Shown: piece after piece, positions 11,401-24,094 of the stretch | Layout of the letters: every line of letters starts with the position of its first letter | How positions within the stretch are numbered: position 1 is the stretch's first letter | NCBI GenBank assembly: GCA_030390025.1 | Contig: CM059432.1 | Location: forward strand, 79,734,001 to 79,798,000 | Direction: 5' to 3' | Length of the DNA: 64,000 nt | Origin: Squalus acanthias | Lineage: Eukaryota | Notes under the pieces: generated by a model | Told to the model about the DNA's origin: nothing | Database searches by the model: none | What the model saw: only the letters and a program-made list of their open reading frames with translations | Program-made: the position numbers and the translations under genes

Positions 11401-14240
11401 TAAAATAATGGGACTCAAGGCGGATAAATCACCTGGACCTGATGGCTTACATCCTAGAGTCTTGAAGGAAGTGGCGGTAGGGATTGTAGATGCATTGGTA
11501 ATTTTTCAAAACTCCCTGGATTCCGCTAAGGTCCCGGCAGACTGGAAAACTGCTAATGTAACACCCTTATTTAAAAAGGGCAGTAGACAGAAGGCTGGTA
11601 ACTATAGACCGGTTAGCCTAACATCTGTGGTAGGTAAAATTTTGGAGTCCATTATTAAGGAAACAGTAACAGGACATTTGGATAATCATAATTTAATAGG
11701 ACAAAGTCAGCATGGTTTTACGAAGGGGAAGTCATGTTTGACAAATTTGCTGGAGTTCTTTGAGGAAGTAACATATAGAGTGGATAAAGGGGAACCAGTA
11801 GACGTAGTGTATTTAGACTTCCAAAAGGCATTTGACAAGGTGCCACACAAAAGATTATTGCTTAAGGTAAAAAATCACGGGATTGGGGGTAATATTCTGG
11901 CATGGATAGAGGATTGGCTATCTAACAGAAAGCAAAGAGTTGGGATAAATGGTTCATTCTCAGACTGGCAATCAGTAACTAGTGGTGTTCCACAGGGGTC
12001 AGTGCTGGGTCCCCAACTCTTTACAATCTATATTAACGATTTGGAGGAAGGGACCAAGTGTAACATATCAAAATTTGCAGATGATACAAAGATGGGAGGG
12101 AAAGTAGTGAGTGAGGAGGACATAAAAAACCTGCAAGGGGACATAGACAGGCTAAGTAAGTGGGCAGAGATTTGGCAGATGGAATACAACACTGGAAAGT
12201 GTGAGGTGATGCACTTTGGCAGGAAAAATCCTAGAGCAATTTATTATCTTAATGGCAAGAAACTGGAGAGTACTGAAGTGCAAAGGGATCTGGGGGTCCT
12301 GGTGCACGAAACTCAAAAGGTTAGTATGCAGGTGCAGCAAGTGATTAAGAAGGCAAATGGAATGTTGGCTTTCATTGCTAGGGGGATAGAATATAAAAAT
12401 AGGGAGGTATTGCTTCAGTTGTACAAGGTATTGGTGAGACCGCACCTGGAATACTGCATACAGTTTTGGTGTCCTTACTTAAGGAAAGACATCCTTGCTC
12501 TCGAGGCAGTGCAAAAAAGGTTCACTCGGTTAATCCCGGGGATGAGGGGGTGGTCATATGAGGAGAGGTTGGGTAGATTGGGACTCTACTCATTGGAGTT
12601 CAGAAGAATGAGAGGCGATCTTATTGAAACATATAAGATTGTGAAGGGGTTGGATCGGGTGGATGCGGGGAGGATGTTCCCGATGACGGGTGAGACGAGA
12701 ACTAGGGGACATAGTCTTAGAATAAGGGACTGCTCTTTCAAAACTGAGATGAGGAGGAACTACTTCACTCAGAGGGTGGTAGGTCCATGGAATATGCTGC
12801 CACAAAAAGCTGTAGAAGCTACATCATTAAATAAATTTAAAACAGAAATAGACAGTTTCCTAGAAGTAAAGGGCATTAAGGGTTACGGGGAGCGGGCAGG
12901 AATTTGGACATGAGTCTAGGTTCGGATCGGTCATGGCCCTGTGGGTAGTGGAGCGGGCCCAGGGACCGTGTAGCCTGATTCTGCTCCTATTTCGTGTGTG
13001 CAATTCTGTTAGATGCAGGAGATGGTTCTGTGATAGTAGATAGTAGATTGGCGGTTAGGATCAGATCAGCCATGATCTTATTGAATGGCGGAGCAGGCTC
13101 GAGGGGCCGATTGGCCTACTCCTGCTCCTATTTCTTATGTTCTTATCCTCACTGTTTGCCACACCACCAAGTTTGGTGGCATCGGCAAATTTAAAAATTC
13201 TACTCTGTATTCCAATATCCAGGTCATTTTTCAAAAAAAGCAGTGGCTCCAGCACTGACCCTTGGGGAACACCACTGTCTACCATCCTCCAGTCTGAAAA
13301 ACAGACTCGCTGTTTTCTATCCTTAAGCCAATTCCTTATCCAAGCTGCCACTGACCCACCTATTCCATGAGCCTCAATTTTGTTAACCAGCACTTCTATG
13401 TGGTACTTTGTCAAATGCCTTCCTAAAATCCATGTAGACAACATCCATTGCATTCCCTTCATCAATCCTCCGTGTTACTTCGTCAAAAACTTCAATTAGA
13501 TTAGTCAAACACGATCTGCTTTTTACAAATCCATGTTGGCTCTCCTAATTAGCTTAAACCTTTCCAAGTGCCCGTTAATTTTTTCCTTGATTATTGTTTC
13601 TAAAACTTTACCCACCACTGATGTTAAACTGACTGGCCTGTAGTTACTAGGATTGTCCTTACACCCTTTCTTGAACAATGGTGTCACATTTGCCACTTTC
13701 CAATCCCCAGGCACCTCCCCCGCATCTAGGGAAGATTGGAAAATTATGGCAAGCCCTTCCGCTATCTCCTCCCCCAATTCCCTTAGCAACCTGGGATGCA
13801 AGCCATCTGGACCAGGCGACTTATCCACTCTAAGCATACCCAGCCTTTCTAGTACATCCTGTCTATCAATTTTCACCCCTTCCATTGCTTCTACCTTTTC
13901 CACTTCTACCGATATTTTGTTAGCATTCATCTCCTCAGTAAACACCGATACAAAGTACTCATTGAGTATTCTAGCCTTGCCCTGCGCCTCTAAGCATATA
14001 TCACCACCTTTGTCCCTAATAGGCCCCACCCCGCCTCTTACTATCCACTTACTGTTTACATGCCGATAGAAGTTTTTTGGGTTTCCTTTTATGTTAACTG
14101 CCATTCTACCCTCATATTTTCTCTTTGCCAATCTTATTTTCATCTTCACTTCCCCTCTCAACTTACTGTATTTGGTCTGGTTCTCCCTTGAAGAATTCAC
14201 CTGACATGTATCATACACCCTCTTTTTTTCTTTCATTTTG
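8445..14240 (-). mobile_element. CR1 LINE split into 8445-9228 and 13145-14240 by a younger + strand CR1
   Basis: ORFs 8799..9176, 13061..13465 and 13523..14236 are colinear pieces of one ORF2. Confidence 0.85.
9230..13146 (+). mobile_element. Young CR1 LINE: ORF1 esterase domain (9267..9926) and near-intact ORF2 (9965..12913, one TGA at 11006-11008)
   Basis: SGNH motifs GDS/G/GTND/DGLH are present. ORFs 9965..11008 and 11099..12913 are in the same frame with no other stop between them. Confidence 0.95.
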
Positions 14241-14875
14241 ATTTTTGATGAAAGACAAACGTGAGAGATTTGAGGGACACAGTTTTGCTCATTCAGAAAT
14301 CATAACCAAAGGGATATTTTGGTCTGAAGCTTAAGGATGAGATTTGGTAATTTGAGAGCTTTTTTCTATAACTGATAACTTATTTGAAGTGAGTAAGCAA
14401 AGTTTGATTCTTGCAGGGGTTTGGTTTGAGTGGGAGTTTAGAATAACATTGCAGGCATTTTTAAAGTTACAAATGGAAGAATGGCAGTGCAAGGCACCCT
14501 CATGATGTGTGTAGAATGCAATATTTGGGCCATGATGGATCCTTAATGTATGCATGGGCACCACATTTGCACAAAGTGTAGGAAAATTGAGTTTCTGGAG
14601 TAGATGATCTCCGTGCTTAAGGAGCAATAGACTACTGTGCAGCATTGGAGAGGATTAAAGGTTTTTGGATCATACACACCAAACTATGGTCATCCAGGAT
14701 ATGGAGATAGGGTAGAAGAGAGAAGTGAGTGACCATCCGCAAGGGCAACAGAAGGAAACAATACTTTCAAGTGAAGAAAGTCTGTCCCATGGCCCCCAAA
14801 GCCAACGTCGCCCACCACACAAGAACAAAATGGACACCACATCTCACCAAACTGAGAAAAATCTGAAAATCAAAC

Positions 14876-15105
14876 CACCCCCCCCCCACCCAAGCCTTTC
14901 CCTCTCTTCCTTTCCCTTCCTCATTTTCTAAATGCCTTTCTTCTCCCCTCCTCCTCCTATCACTTCCTCTTCTATCTTCTCTTTTCTCCTCCTGTCTCCC
15001 CCTCTTTTTCTCCTCCTATCTTCCCCTCTTTTTCTCCTCTCCTCTCTCCTCCTCTTCATTATCTCCCTCTCTCTTCTCGACCTATCTCTCCCTCATCCTC
15101 CTATC
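14876..15105. repeat. CT-rich low-complexity tract
   Basis: Near-pure pyrimidine run built of ctcct/ctctt units. Confidence 0.8.
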
Positions 15106-15109
15106 ATTT

Positions 15110-15550
15110 AAGAGACGTTTTTAAAATTCATGAAGAGTTTTGATAGAGTGAATAGGAAAAGATTATTTCTTTTGGTTTGGGAGTCAGTAATCTATTTAAA
15201 ATTGTTATGAACAAAGTGAGGAGGGAGATCTGGAAAACAAATCTTTGCACAGAGGATTGTTGGACCATGGAATGCTTTGGCACAAGAAGTGGTTGAGGCT
15301 GAGGCAATTGTTATGGAACGCCATCACCTGCAAGTTCCCCTCCAAGTCACATGCTATCCTGACTTGGAGATACAGTGCTTATCCCTTCATTGTTGCTGAG
15401 TTAAAATCCTAACGCCATTGCTGGAGCACCATCAGCACAAGAACTGCAGCGGTTAAAGAAGGGCTGCTATCACCTTTTCAGGACAATTAGGAGTAGTCAA
15501 TAAATATGACCTTGCTAGTGTTACCCACATCCCGAGCACAAATAACAAAA
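15110..15550 (+). mobile_element. Degenerate CR1 3' piece followed by the 3' end of the second LINE lineage
   Basis: ttttgatagagt...tggaatgc, then catcacctgcaagttcccctccaagtcac, which is shared with 24540-24580. Confidence 0.65.
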
Positions 15551-16816
15551 TTAGATAAGTAGTCTATATGTAAAATAACTCTGTAAATCTACAGGCAACA
15601 AATTTGCAACTCAATCTATTTTGTATGCTACATAGTAATTTTCTGGTTTAAAATTATATGAATTCTTATGTGTTTATATGTATATGGATTGATTATTGCT
15701 AGGGCAAGTGATTTGTCATGCACAGTATCCTGTGACAAATCCCACTATTTTCTCCCAATAGGTGCTAATGCAACTTCCTCAGTCTGTTTTGCACTTCACT
15801 TGCACTTTAATTTCAATCACCAGATGTTCTGTCTTTCTCTGCCCACCTAAGAGTGAAGGAAGCTTTCCTTTGAATTTCAGAACTAGTCATACAGTATGCA
15901 TATGCTCACTGTATGAGAAAGCATTACAATAACAAACTAGGCTCGTGCAACATGCTCTAATAATTTTGTGGCAACAAGAATTGATTTGAAAAATGGAGGA
16001 GTGGTGTTGTATTTATGATGGAAACAGCTGTGCCTCGCTTCAAACTAACCCTTTTGCATCCTGTCTTTTCATAAGAATTTTCAGTTGGGGTAGAGTTTAA
16101 GCAACAGATAATACTGTTTGATGTCACCAATTAATTGTAAAAGAAGTTGATAGAACCTAATTAGATGGAGCCTCTTTGACTAGTACGTCAGGTTGTTGAA
16201 ATAGTTATGTATGCAAGTTTGCCGCTGTGCTAGTAGTTGCAGCTAGTTGTCAGTGATTAACTTAACCATTAAAGGGTTAGGACTACTACCCATGGAGGAT
16301 AAACACCAACATGGACTAGTTGGGCCATACAACCTGTTTCTGTATTATATTTTTCAGGCAATTTTATGTACTACAATACTGTAGGTTACGTGTCTCAAAA
16401 TTGGAGGAAATGTGATGTAGACTAAGGCTCCGGTACCTGTAATAAAGCATAGGACATTCTATATGGTTAAATAAATAGAGATATCGCAATGTCACAATGG
16501 ATAATTTGAACTACAGTGCAATTTTGAACCATAGTAATGGTTATATTTGGTCAACAAGGTTGAGAGTTTTGCAGAAACACAGTAATTATCATTAGCAGTA
16601 TATTTTAACTCGCTTTTTAAATTTTTTGTTTGAGTGGTAAAGTGCAATACTTGGTGTTACTTTGCTGTTACTCTTTTCTAAGAATAAAATTAGGAAAATT
16701 GTCCATAAAAGGTAGCAGTTATTAAAGAACCAATTAAAATGGGTATAATTCTAATTAAATAAATCTTAAGATCTCTATCAGGTAGAATTTTGATGCAGGT
16801 CATTTTCTCATTGTAG

Positions 16817-16935
16817 GATCGCTGCAGTTCCTCCCCCTCCACCACCTGTGCTGACAGAACATTACCAAACACCTTATGATCATGCTTATTATTTTTATGG
16901 TGCTAGGAATCCTTTGGATCCAAACTTGGCATACT
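16817..16935 (+). CDS. CSPP1: CSPP1 internal exon B (phase 2 to 1), (R)[39 protein letters not shown]
   Basis: ttgtAG acceptor and GTGAGT donor, 119 nt, phase continues from exon A. Matches the CSPP1 motif YRTPYDDAYYFYGSRN. Confidence 0.93.
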
Positions 16936-19268
16936 GTGAGTATACTGTTATATTTGATAAGCAAACTAGACTAAAGGGGTGTAGATTTTCTTTTTCATGG
17001 GGTGCTTTTTAGAAATCTAATACTAGAGTATCGATTTATTGTTACACATGTTTACATACAATTGTGATACATATAATGAAGAGTGAACTCTTATGCTTGA
17101 ATTTTGTATAAATGTAATTGTGGTATCTTTGACAAGTTCCTGTTGTAAAGGAGTAAAATTGGAAAACTGTTCTCTGGATAATAAAAACAAAATCCAGTGT
17201 AAGAACTGTACCAGTCATTGAAGGGTAACTGGGTTGTTGGAACATAATGTTGCAGTGATATCAATGCACTAGAAAATATTCTTAAATCTAGTGAATTCTT
17301 TAATAATGGTACTTGAATTGAATCTTGGTATTCCTTTGGTGTTCAGATGCTAATCTCAAGAAATATCTGGAGAACAATTGTTAATTGATCCATTGTAGTG
17401 TCATAACTTGTGGTAACATTATACTGAATTATATTTTATAAACACTAGTTTATCTCCTAACACTAGTTGGAGGGTGGGGGACAATTGGACCCAGGTGTAG
17501 GGGGAGAGGAAGAGGAGGAGAAGGAGGAGGATGAAGGAAGGGGAGAATGGAGGAGTGGCATAGGGCCAGGGAAGTGGTGGCAGGGAATCTTGCTTTGCTG
17601 CCTGGTGAGGGGGAGGGTGCGGCGTGGTGGGGCTGGCAGTTAACCTCTCGAAGGAGGGTGTGCGGTTCTGGTAAATTACCCTTCTGTCTGCTTGGGCCAG
17701 AATATTATCTCAGCAGGGGCTAGGGGTTTCAATTAAGCTTCCACTTCCATCTGAAAACCTGGATTTCCTTCTCGATGATGGACTGGGGCAAGAATTAGCT
17801 CTCATGTTCTGCGGGGCCTGTTATACTTGTCAATGAGATACCGGACAAGTTCTGCTCAGTTTTATAGGCCGGGTGGGTTGTAGATTACGAGGAAAATAAT
17901 TTGGTGTGACTAATTATCATCCACTGATAGCTTTCAGTCAATGTGAAGGTGCTGGTAACAATGCTAATCAAATACTGGAATGCACCTCAAAGACATTTGA
18001 CTATAAGCTGAAGTGGACACATATGTTGTGAAGCTATTGCACATTTTAACTGCATGGTGCTTGTGGGGGAACACATTGGATCATTTGCATGGCTGTTCAG
18101 ATGCTTGGAGCAATGTTTAAGGGTTGAGGCAATTCATTTGGCCCTGGTCATGGTGGATTTTTAAAATATTTCATGGTGGTTTCGTCATCAAAATGCAACT
18201 CTACAAATGCCTGGAGCTACATATTTTTAATCTGTCTGTGACTTCCCCACATGCTTCTGTAAAGATTATGGAATTACAAAGATCCCTTTCCCAGCTTTAT
18301 TCGGCAGTTCTTCAGCATTCAGCAGATGTAACATGGAAACGAGATCATTACTAGTCAGGGTATAAGCCCACAACCTTTTAGCTAAATTGAAAGATAAAGT
18401 TCATTTCCAATATGTCAGAGCTAGCAATTTAAATCAGCTGTTGCTTGATTAAATATTTGTATTTTATAGTGTAACTTCACTTTAAGAAGATTTGTTCCCA
18501 TTTATTCATCTTTTAATGACCAGGCTGTAATTGGGTGTAGGACATTTTAGGACCAGGACACTGCCCCTTGAGTGAAGAAGGCCTTAAATCTACTTGTGGC
18601 TTCATTACTCTTGAGTTAGACTATTACTTCAAATTATTAGGGACCAGATTGAAGAAAAAGCAAAAGTCACGAAGAGGTATAAAACTGTATATGTCCATGT
18701 CTGTAGTGTAACTAATAAGATTGGTGAGCTGCAGGCATAAGTTGCCACATGGGATTATGACGTGGTTGCATTAACAGAGACATGGCTCAAATAAGACCAG
18801 GAATGGGTTCTTAATATTCCTGGCTATCAAGTGTTCATGAATGATTGTGAAGGAAAAAGAGGAGGGGGCGTGGCAGTATTGATTTTAAGGATGAGTTACT
18901 GTTGTAAGTAGAAAGGATATACTAGATGGTTCTAGGACTGAATCCATTTGACTTGAATTAAGGAAGTGAGGGGGAGCTGTTACATTGCTGGGAGTTTTTT
19001 TTAATAGAACTCCAAACAGTGAGAAGGAGATAGATGTGTAACAAAAATAGAGTAGTAATATTAGGAGAATCTAATTATCCTAATATAGACTGGGAAAAAA
19101 CATACTGCTAAGGGTAGGGAAGGAGAGGAATTTCTGATGTGTGTACAGGAGAAATTTCTCAAATCAATATGTCTCCAGTCCAACAAGGAAGGGAGCAGCG
19201 TTTGATCTGGTTCTGGGAAATGAAAAGTAGGGCAAGTGGAGTGTGTTACAGTAGGGGATCATCTAGCT

Positions 19269-20158
19269 CAGGGGTTCTGAACCGGGGGTTCACGACCCCC
19301 TAGGGGTCACCGCGAAGGTTTCGAGGGGTCTGCAAAATCAGCATCTTTCAAGAATACAATCTTTTTAAAAATCCCATTCTGCGAGCAGGGTCAACAAAAA
19401 AAAAAAGCGCGTCTGATCACTACCGATGTCAGCGGTGCCCCGTTTTTACTAAGAATGAGACCGCGAAATAGGCTGCTTTTTTTTTTACCCACCTCCAAAA
19501 AAAAAAAGTTTAATTTAGTGCGCCAACATGCCGCCGCCACTGACGTTGGAGGAGAGGAGACCCCGCTCCCTCGCCTCCTCCAGATCCGTTAGTGACAGTT
19601 GGCAGTGGAATCTTTTTCCAACAGGCTGCATGGCACGTGCTCTCCTGCCCACCATGTTTAAATCGGGTAAGCAGAGCAACAGGTCGGTGGGGTTTGATGT
19701 CCGTTTTGTGGGGAAATTGGCCGAGAACTGATCGGGTGACTTCACCTTTCGCTCTTTATGTGGATGACCGCTGATTGTCTGTGGCAGCTGTTTACAGAGC
19801 CAAGTACGGCACGGGCGGCTGATCAAACTGCCCGCTGCCGCCGTTGCTGGGAGCTCGTGATCCCAGGTGCGAGTCCCAGGGGCATCACTCATGCAAGGTG
19901 CGGACGGCCATGAAAGTTGACCTTTTATATCTATATATACACTATTTCGCATTGGAGCCTGGAGCTTAGCTGGACATCGTATATGGTGATCCACCTGATT
20001 TCCTGTTGTGGGATCTCACTGTATTGAAATTTGCTGCTGGATTTTACCACGTGACCGGAGCCACTCTTAAAAATTAGTTGTGTTGTGTTACAGGGGGTCC
20101 ATGGAATTTTTATAGCATGGGAGAGGGGCCTCGGAAGCAAAAAGGTTGAGAACCCTTG
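19269..20158. mobile_element. Non-autonomous hAT (Charlie-like) DNA transposon, 890 bp
   Basis: TIR CAGGGGTTCTGAACC / GGTTGAGAACCCTTG. 8-bp TSD ATCTAGCT / ATCTAGCG. Interrupts the CR1 codons for DHLA|NSDHN. Confidence 0.88.
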
Positions 20159-21858
20159 ATCTAGCGAACAGTGATCACAACATAATTTGGTTTACAGTAA
20201 TTATGGAAAGAGACCAGAAAATATGAAAGGTAAAAATGCTCAACTGAAGAAGAGCTAATTTCAGTGATTTAAGAAGGGACCTACCACAGGTAGATTGGAA
20301 AAGGCGATTGCAGGGTAAAGCAGCAATGTAGCAATGGAAGGCATTTAGGGAAGAGATAGCTTAGGTACAAACTAGGTATATTCCGTTGAAGGGATAAGGT
20401 AGAGCATCCAAAGCGAATGCAGCCTGGGTGACAAAGGAAATAAAAGTAAAAATTAAACAGAAAAAGGAGGCTTATGACAAATGTCAAGAGCAAGATTCAG
20501 TTAATAACCAGGAAGATTATGGAAAGTACAGGAGGGAATTGCAAATGTTAATATGGGAGACAGAGAGATTACAAGAAAAGATTAGCAGGCCACATTAAAT
20601 TGAGCCCTAAAACATTTTATAAACAAAGTGTAAGAGGTCAGCTAGGGAAAAAGTTGGGCCTATTAAGGACCTAAAGGGAAATCTTCATGTAGAGGCAGAG
20701 GACATGTCTAAAGTATAAAATGAGTACTTTGCATCTGTGTTCACATAGAAAGCGGATGATGTGAAAGTTACACTGAAGAGGAGAGGGAAGTTATGCACAG
20801 GATAGTAATAGATAGAGAAGACGTACTAAAAAGATTAGCATTACTGAAAGTTGGTAAGCCCCCCGGTCGGGATGGAATGCATCCTAGGTTGCTGAAAGAA
20901 GCAAAGGTAGAAATAGTAGAGGCATTGGTCATAATCTTTCAATCCTCATTGGATATAGGATTAGTGCAGGAGGACTGGAGGGTTGTGAATCATAGAAATT
21001 TACAGCACAGAAGGAGGCTAATCGGCCCGTTTTGCCTGTGCTGGCTCTTTCAAAGAGTGGTCGTGCTTAGTCCCACACAACCACTTCTTGTCTGTAACCC
21101 TCCAAGTTCCTCAACCTCAAGTACCTGTCCAACTCCCTTTTAAAATTATTTATGGGATCCGCTTCCACCACCTTTTCAAGTCGAGCATTCCACATCCCGA
21201 CAACTGAGTGAAAAAACTTCTCCATATCTCCCGTCTAGGTCTTTTGTTAATGATCTTAAATCTATGACCTCTGGTTGTTGACCCACTTACCAGAGGAATA
21301 GTTTTTCTCTCTCTACTTTACTTTATCAAAACCTCTCATCATCTTGCAAACCTCTATTAGGTCACCTCTTAACCTTCGCTGTTCCATCTGTTGACGTAGT
21401 GTACATGGATTTCCAAAAGGTGTTCGACAAAGTGCCAAATAATAGGCTTGCCAGCAAAGTTGAAGCCCATGGAATAAAAGGGACAGTGGCAGCATGGATA
21501 TGAAATTGGCTAAGTGATAGGAAACAGTAGTGGTGAGCGGTTGTTTTTCGGACTGGAGGAAGGTATACAGTGGTGTTCCCCGGAGTCGGTTCCAGGACCA
21601 CTGCTTTTCTTGATATATATTAATGGCTTGGATGTGGCTGTACAGGGCACAATTTCAAAATTTGCAGATGACACAAAACTTGGAAGTATAGTGAACAGTG
21701 AGGAGGATAGTGATAGACTTCAAGAGGACATAGGCTGGTGGAGTGGGCAGACACGTGGCAGATGAAATTTAATACAGAAAAGTGTGAAGTGATACATTTT
21801 GGTAGAAAGAATGAGGAGAGGAAATATAAATTAAAGGGGTACAATCCTAAATGGGGAA

Positions 21859-22073
21859 TGTCATAAATCGCAAGTAACAACTCAGGAAGTACTACTGGGT
21901 GGCCAGCTGGGGCGCCGTCCAGGGAGTATAAATACTCAGGCATGGGCCCACCTTGGGCAGAGACAATCTGGAAACAGGAAGCTAGTGACTGCTAACTAGA
22001 CCTCCATGTTTTGTTACAAGTTGATTAAAGCCTTGCTTTATGTTCAAGTGCGTAGTGAGTCTTTATTACGTCA
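21859..22073 (+). mobile_element. Short solo LTR (Gypsy-like), 215 bp
   Basis: TG...CA ends, a GTATAAATA box and an ATTAAA signal, and it interrupts a CR1 RT. The TSD is not clean. Confidence 0.6.
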
Positions 22074-23412
22074 GGGTGCATAAACGGAGAGACCTGGGGG
22101 TATATATGCACAAATCGTTGAAGGTGGCAGGGCAGGTTGAGAAAGCAGTTAAAAAAAGCTTACGGGATCCTGGGCTTCATGAATATAGGTATAGAGTACA
22201 AAAGCGTGGAAATTATGATGAACCTATATAAAACACTGGTTTGGCCTCAACTGGAGTATTGTATCCAATTCTGGGCACCACACTTTAGGAAGGATGTGAA
22301 GGTCTTAGAGAGGGTGCAGAAAAGATTTACGAGAATGATTCCAGGGATGAGTGACTTCAGTTACGTGGATAGACTGGAGAAGCTGGGTTTGTTCTCCTTA
22401 GAGCAGAGAAGATATAGAGGTGCGCAAAATTATGAGAGGTCTGGACAGAGTAGATCGAGAGAAACTGTTCCCAATGGCAGAAGGGTCAAGAACCAAAGGA
22501 CACAGATTTAAGGTGATTGGCAAAAGAACCAAAGGTGACATAAGAAATTTTTTTTTCACTCCGAGTGGTTAGGACCTGGAATGCACTTCCTGAAAGGGTG
22601 AATGAGGCAGACTCAAACACTGCTTTCAAAAGGGAGTTGGATAAGTACCTGAGAGAAAAATATTTGCAGGGCTACGAGGAAAGGGCGGGGGACTGGGACT
22701 AGCTGAGGTGCTCTTGCAGAGAGCCGGGACGGGCTGAATGGCCGCCTTCCGTGCTGTAACCATTCTATGATTCTATCTCCTTTCAAGAGCCCCAGTTTCT
22801 CCAGTCTTTACTGGAGAACAGTCATAATCTTTCCAACCTCTCCTCATAACTAAAGTTCCTCATCCATGGTGACATTCTGGTAAACCTCCTCTGTACCCTT
22901 TCTTAAGGCCTCAACATCTTTCCTGAAGTGTGGTGCCCAGAATTGTCCACAGTACTTCAACTGAGGCCTAACCATTGATTTATAAAGTTCTAGCATGATC
23001 TCTTTGTTTTTATATTGTATGCCTCTATTTATAAACCCAAGTAACCCATATGCTTTTTTAACCACCTTTGCCCTGCCACCTTTAAGGATTTGTGTATATG
23101 GACAGCAAGTTCTCCCTGCTCATCTACACTTTTCAAAATCGTGCCACTTATAGTATACTGTCTTTCCCTATTAGTCCTCCCAAAGTGCATCAATTCGCAC
23201 TTCTCCGTATTGAACTGCTTCTGCCCATTTCACCATTCTGTCTGTCATCCTGAAGTCTACAACTATCCTCATCATTATCTACTACGTTGCCAAGTTTCAT
23301 CATATCTGCAAACTTTATAATGCTGCTCCCTACACCTGAGTCTAGGTCGTTTATAGAAATTGAAAAGAGTAATGGACCCAAAACTGACCCTTGGGTAATA
23401 CCACTGAATAGT

Positions 23413-23870
23413 ACCTCATCTTCCGATTAGGCACTTTACAGCCTTCCGGACTCAATATCGAGTTCAACAATTTCAGATCATAACCTCGGCCCCTACCATA
23501 TTTAGATATTTTTTATCCACACTTTTGGTTTGTGCCTTTTCTTTTTTTTCTCTCTCCCACATGGCAGCTGTCTTTCATTCTGCCAGCGCATTTCACACTT
23601 CATCTAGAGCCATCTTTTGTTTCTTAACCTGTCCTATTACCATCTCGTCTCACCTTGAATATCTCTTAATGTCTCTTTACTTCTCACCGACCTTCCCTTT
23701 TGTTCTTTTATTCCCTCCCCCAGCCCCCAAACTTGCTTTTTCATCTGTTTCATTTCCTGCTTTTTTCTCAGTTCTGACGAAGGGTCTTCGACCTGAAACA
23801 TTTAACTCTGTTTCTCTCTCCACGGATGTTGCCTGGCCTGTTGAGTTTTTCCAGCGCTTTCTGTTGTTAC
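23413..23870 (+). mobile_element. Penelope-like element 3' fragment (end of GIY-YIG ORF and pseudo-LTR)
   Basis: Translates LIFRLGTLQPSGLNIEFNNFRS*, a typical PLE C-terminus, followed by a pyrimidine-rich UTR and a hammerhead motif. Confidence 0.8.
23770..23807 (+). ncRNA. Degenerate minimal type I hammerhead ribozyme of a Penelope element
   Basis: AGTT-CTGACGA-A-GGGTC-TTC-GACCT-GAAAC-ATTT-AACT. Both core boxes, stem II and stem I (AGTT/AACT) are present; stem III is mutated. Confidence 0.7.
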
Positions 23871-24094
23871 TGCAAATCACTTCCCAGTCTGAAATCCATC
23901 CATCCACTACCACCCTCAGCTTTGTCACTGAGCCAATTCCGTATCCATACCGCCACTTTCCCCTTAATTCCATGGGCTTTCATCTTTCTAACAAGCCTCC
24001 TGTGTGGCACATTGTCGAATGCCTTCCGAAAGTCCATATATACAACATCTATGGCACTACCTTGATTAACCTTCTCTGTTAATATTGTAACACT

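Larger units (their letters stand above)
18680..22776 (+). mobile_element. Degenerate CR1 ORF2 and 3'UTR hosting three insertions (hAT, inverted CR1 3' end at about 20988-21385, solo LTR)
   Basis: Endonuclease and RT fragments in ORFs 20793..21143, 21514..21765 and 22137..22511. Tail ATTCTATGATTCTAT. Confidence 0.88.
22777..24080 (-). mobile_element. CR1 RT fragment interrupted by a Penelope piece
   Basis: ORFs 22850..23065, 23190..23381 and 23867..24097 carry RT motifs. Confidence 0.85.

Noticed and set aside
17465..17720. G/purine-rich patch (possible G-quadruplex or regulatory element)
   Set aside because: Low-complexity sequence with no defined boundaries or supporting motif.
19515..19994. 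159-aa ORF inside the hAT element
   Set aside because: No hAT transposase or BED-finger motifs recognised; consistent with a chance ORF in GC-rich DNA.
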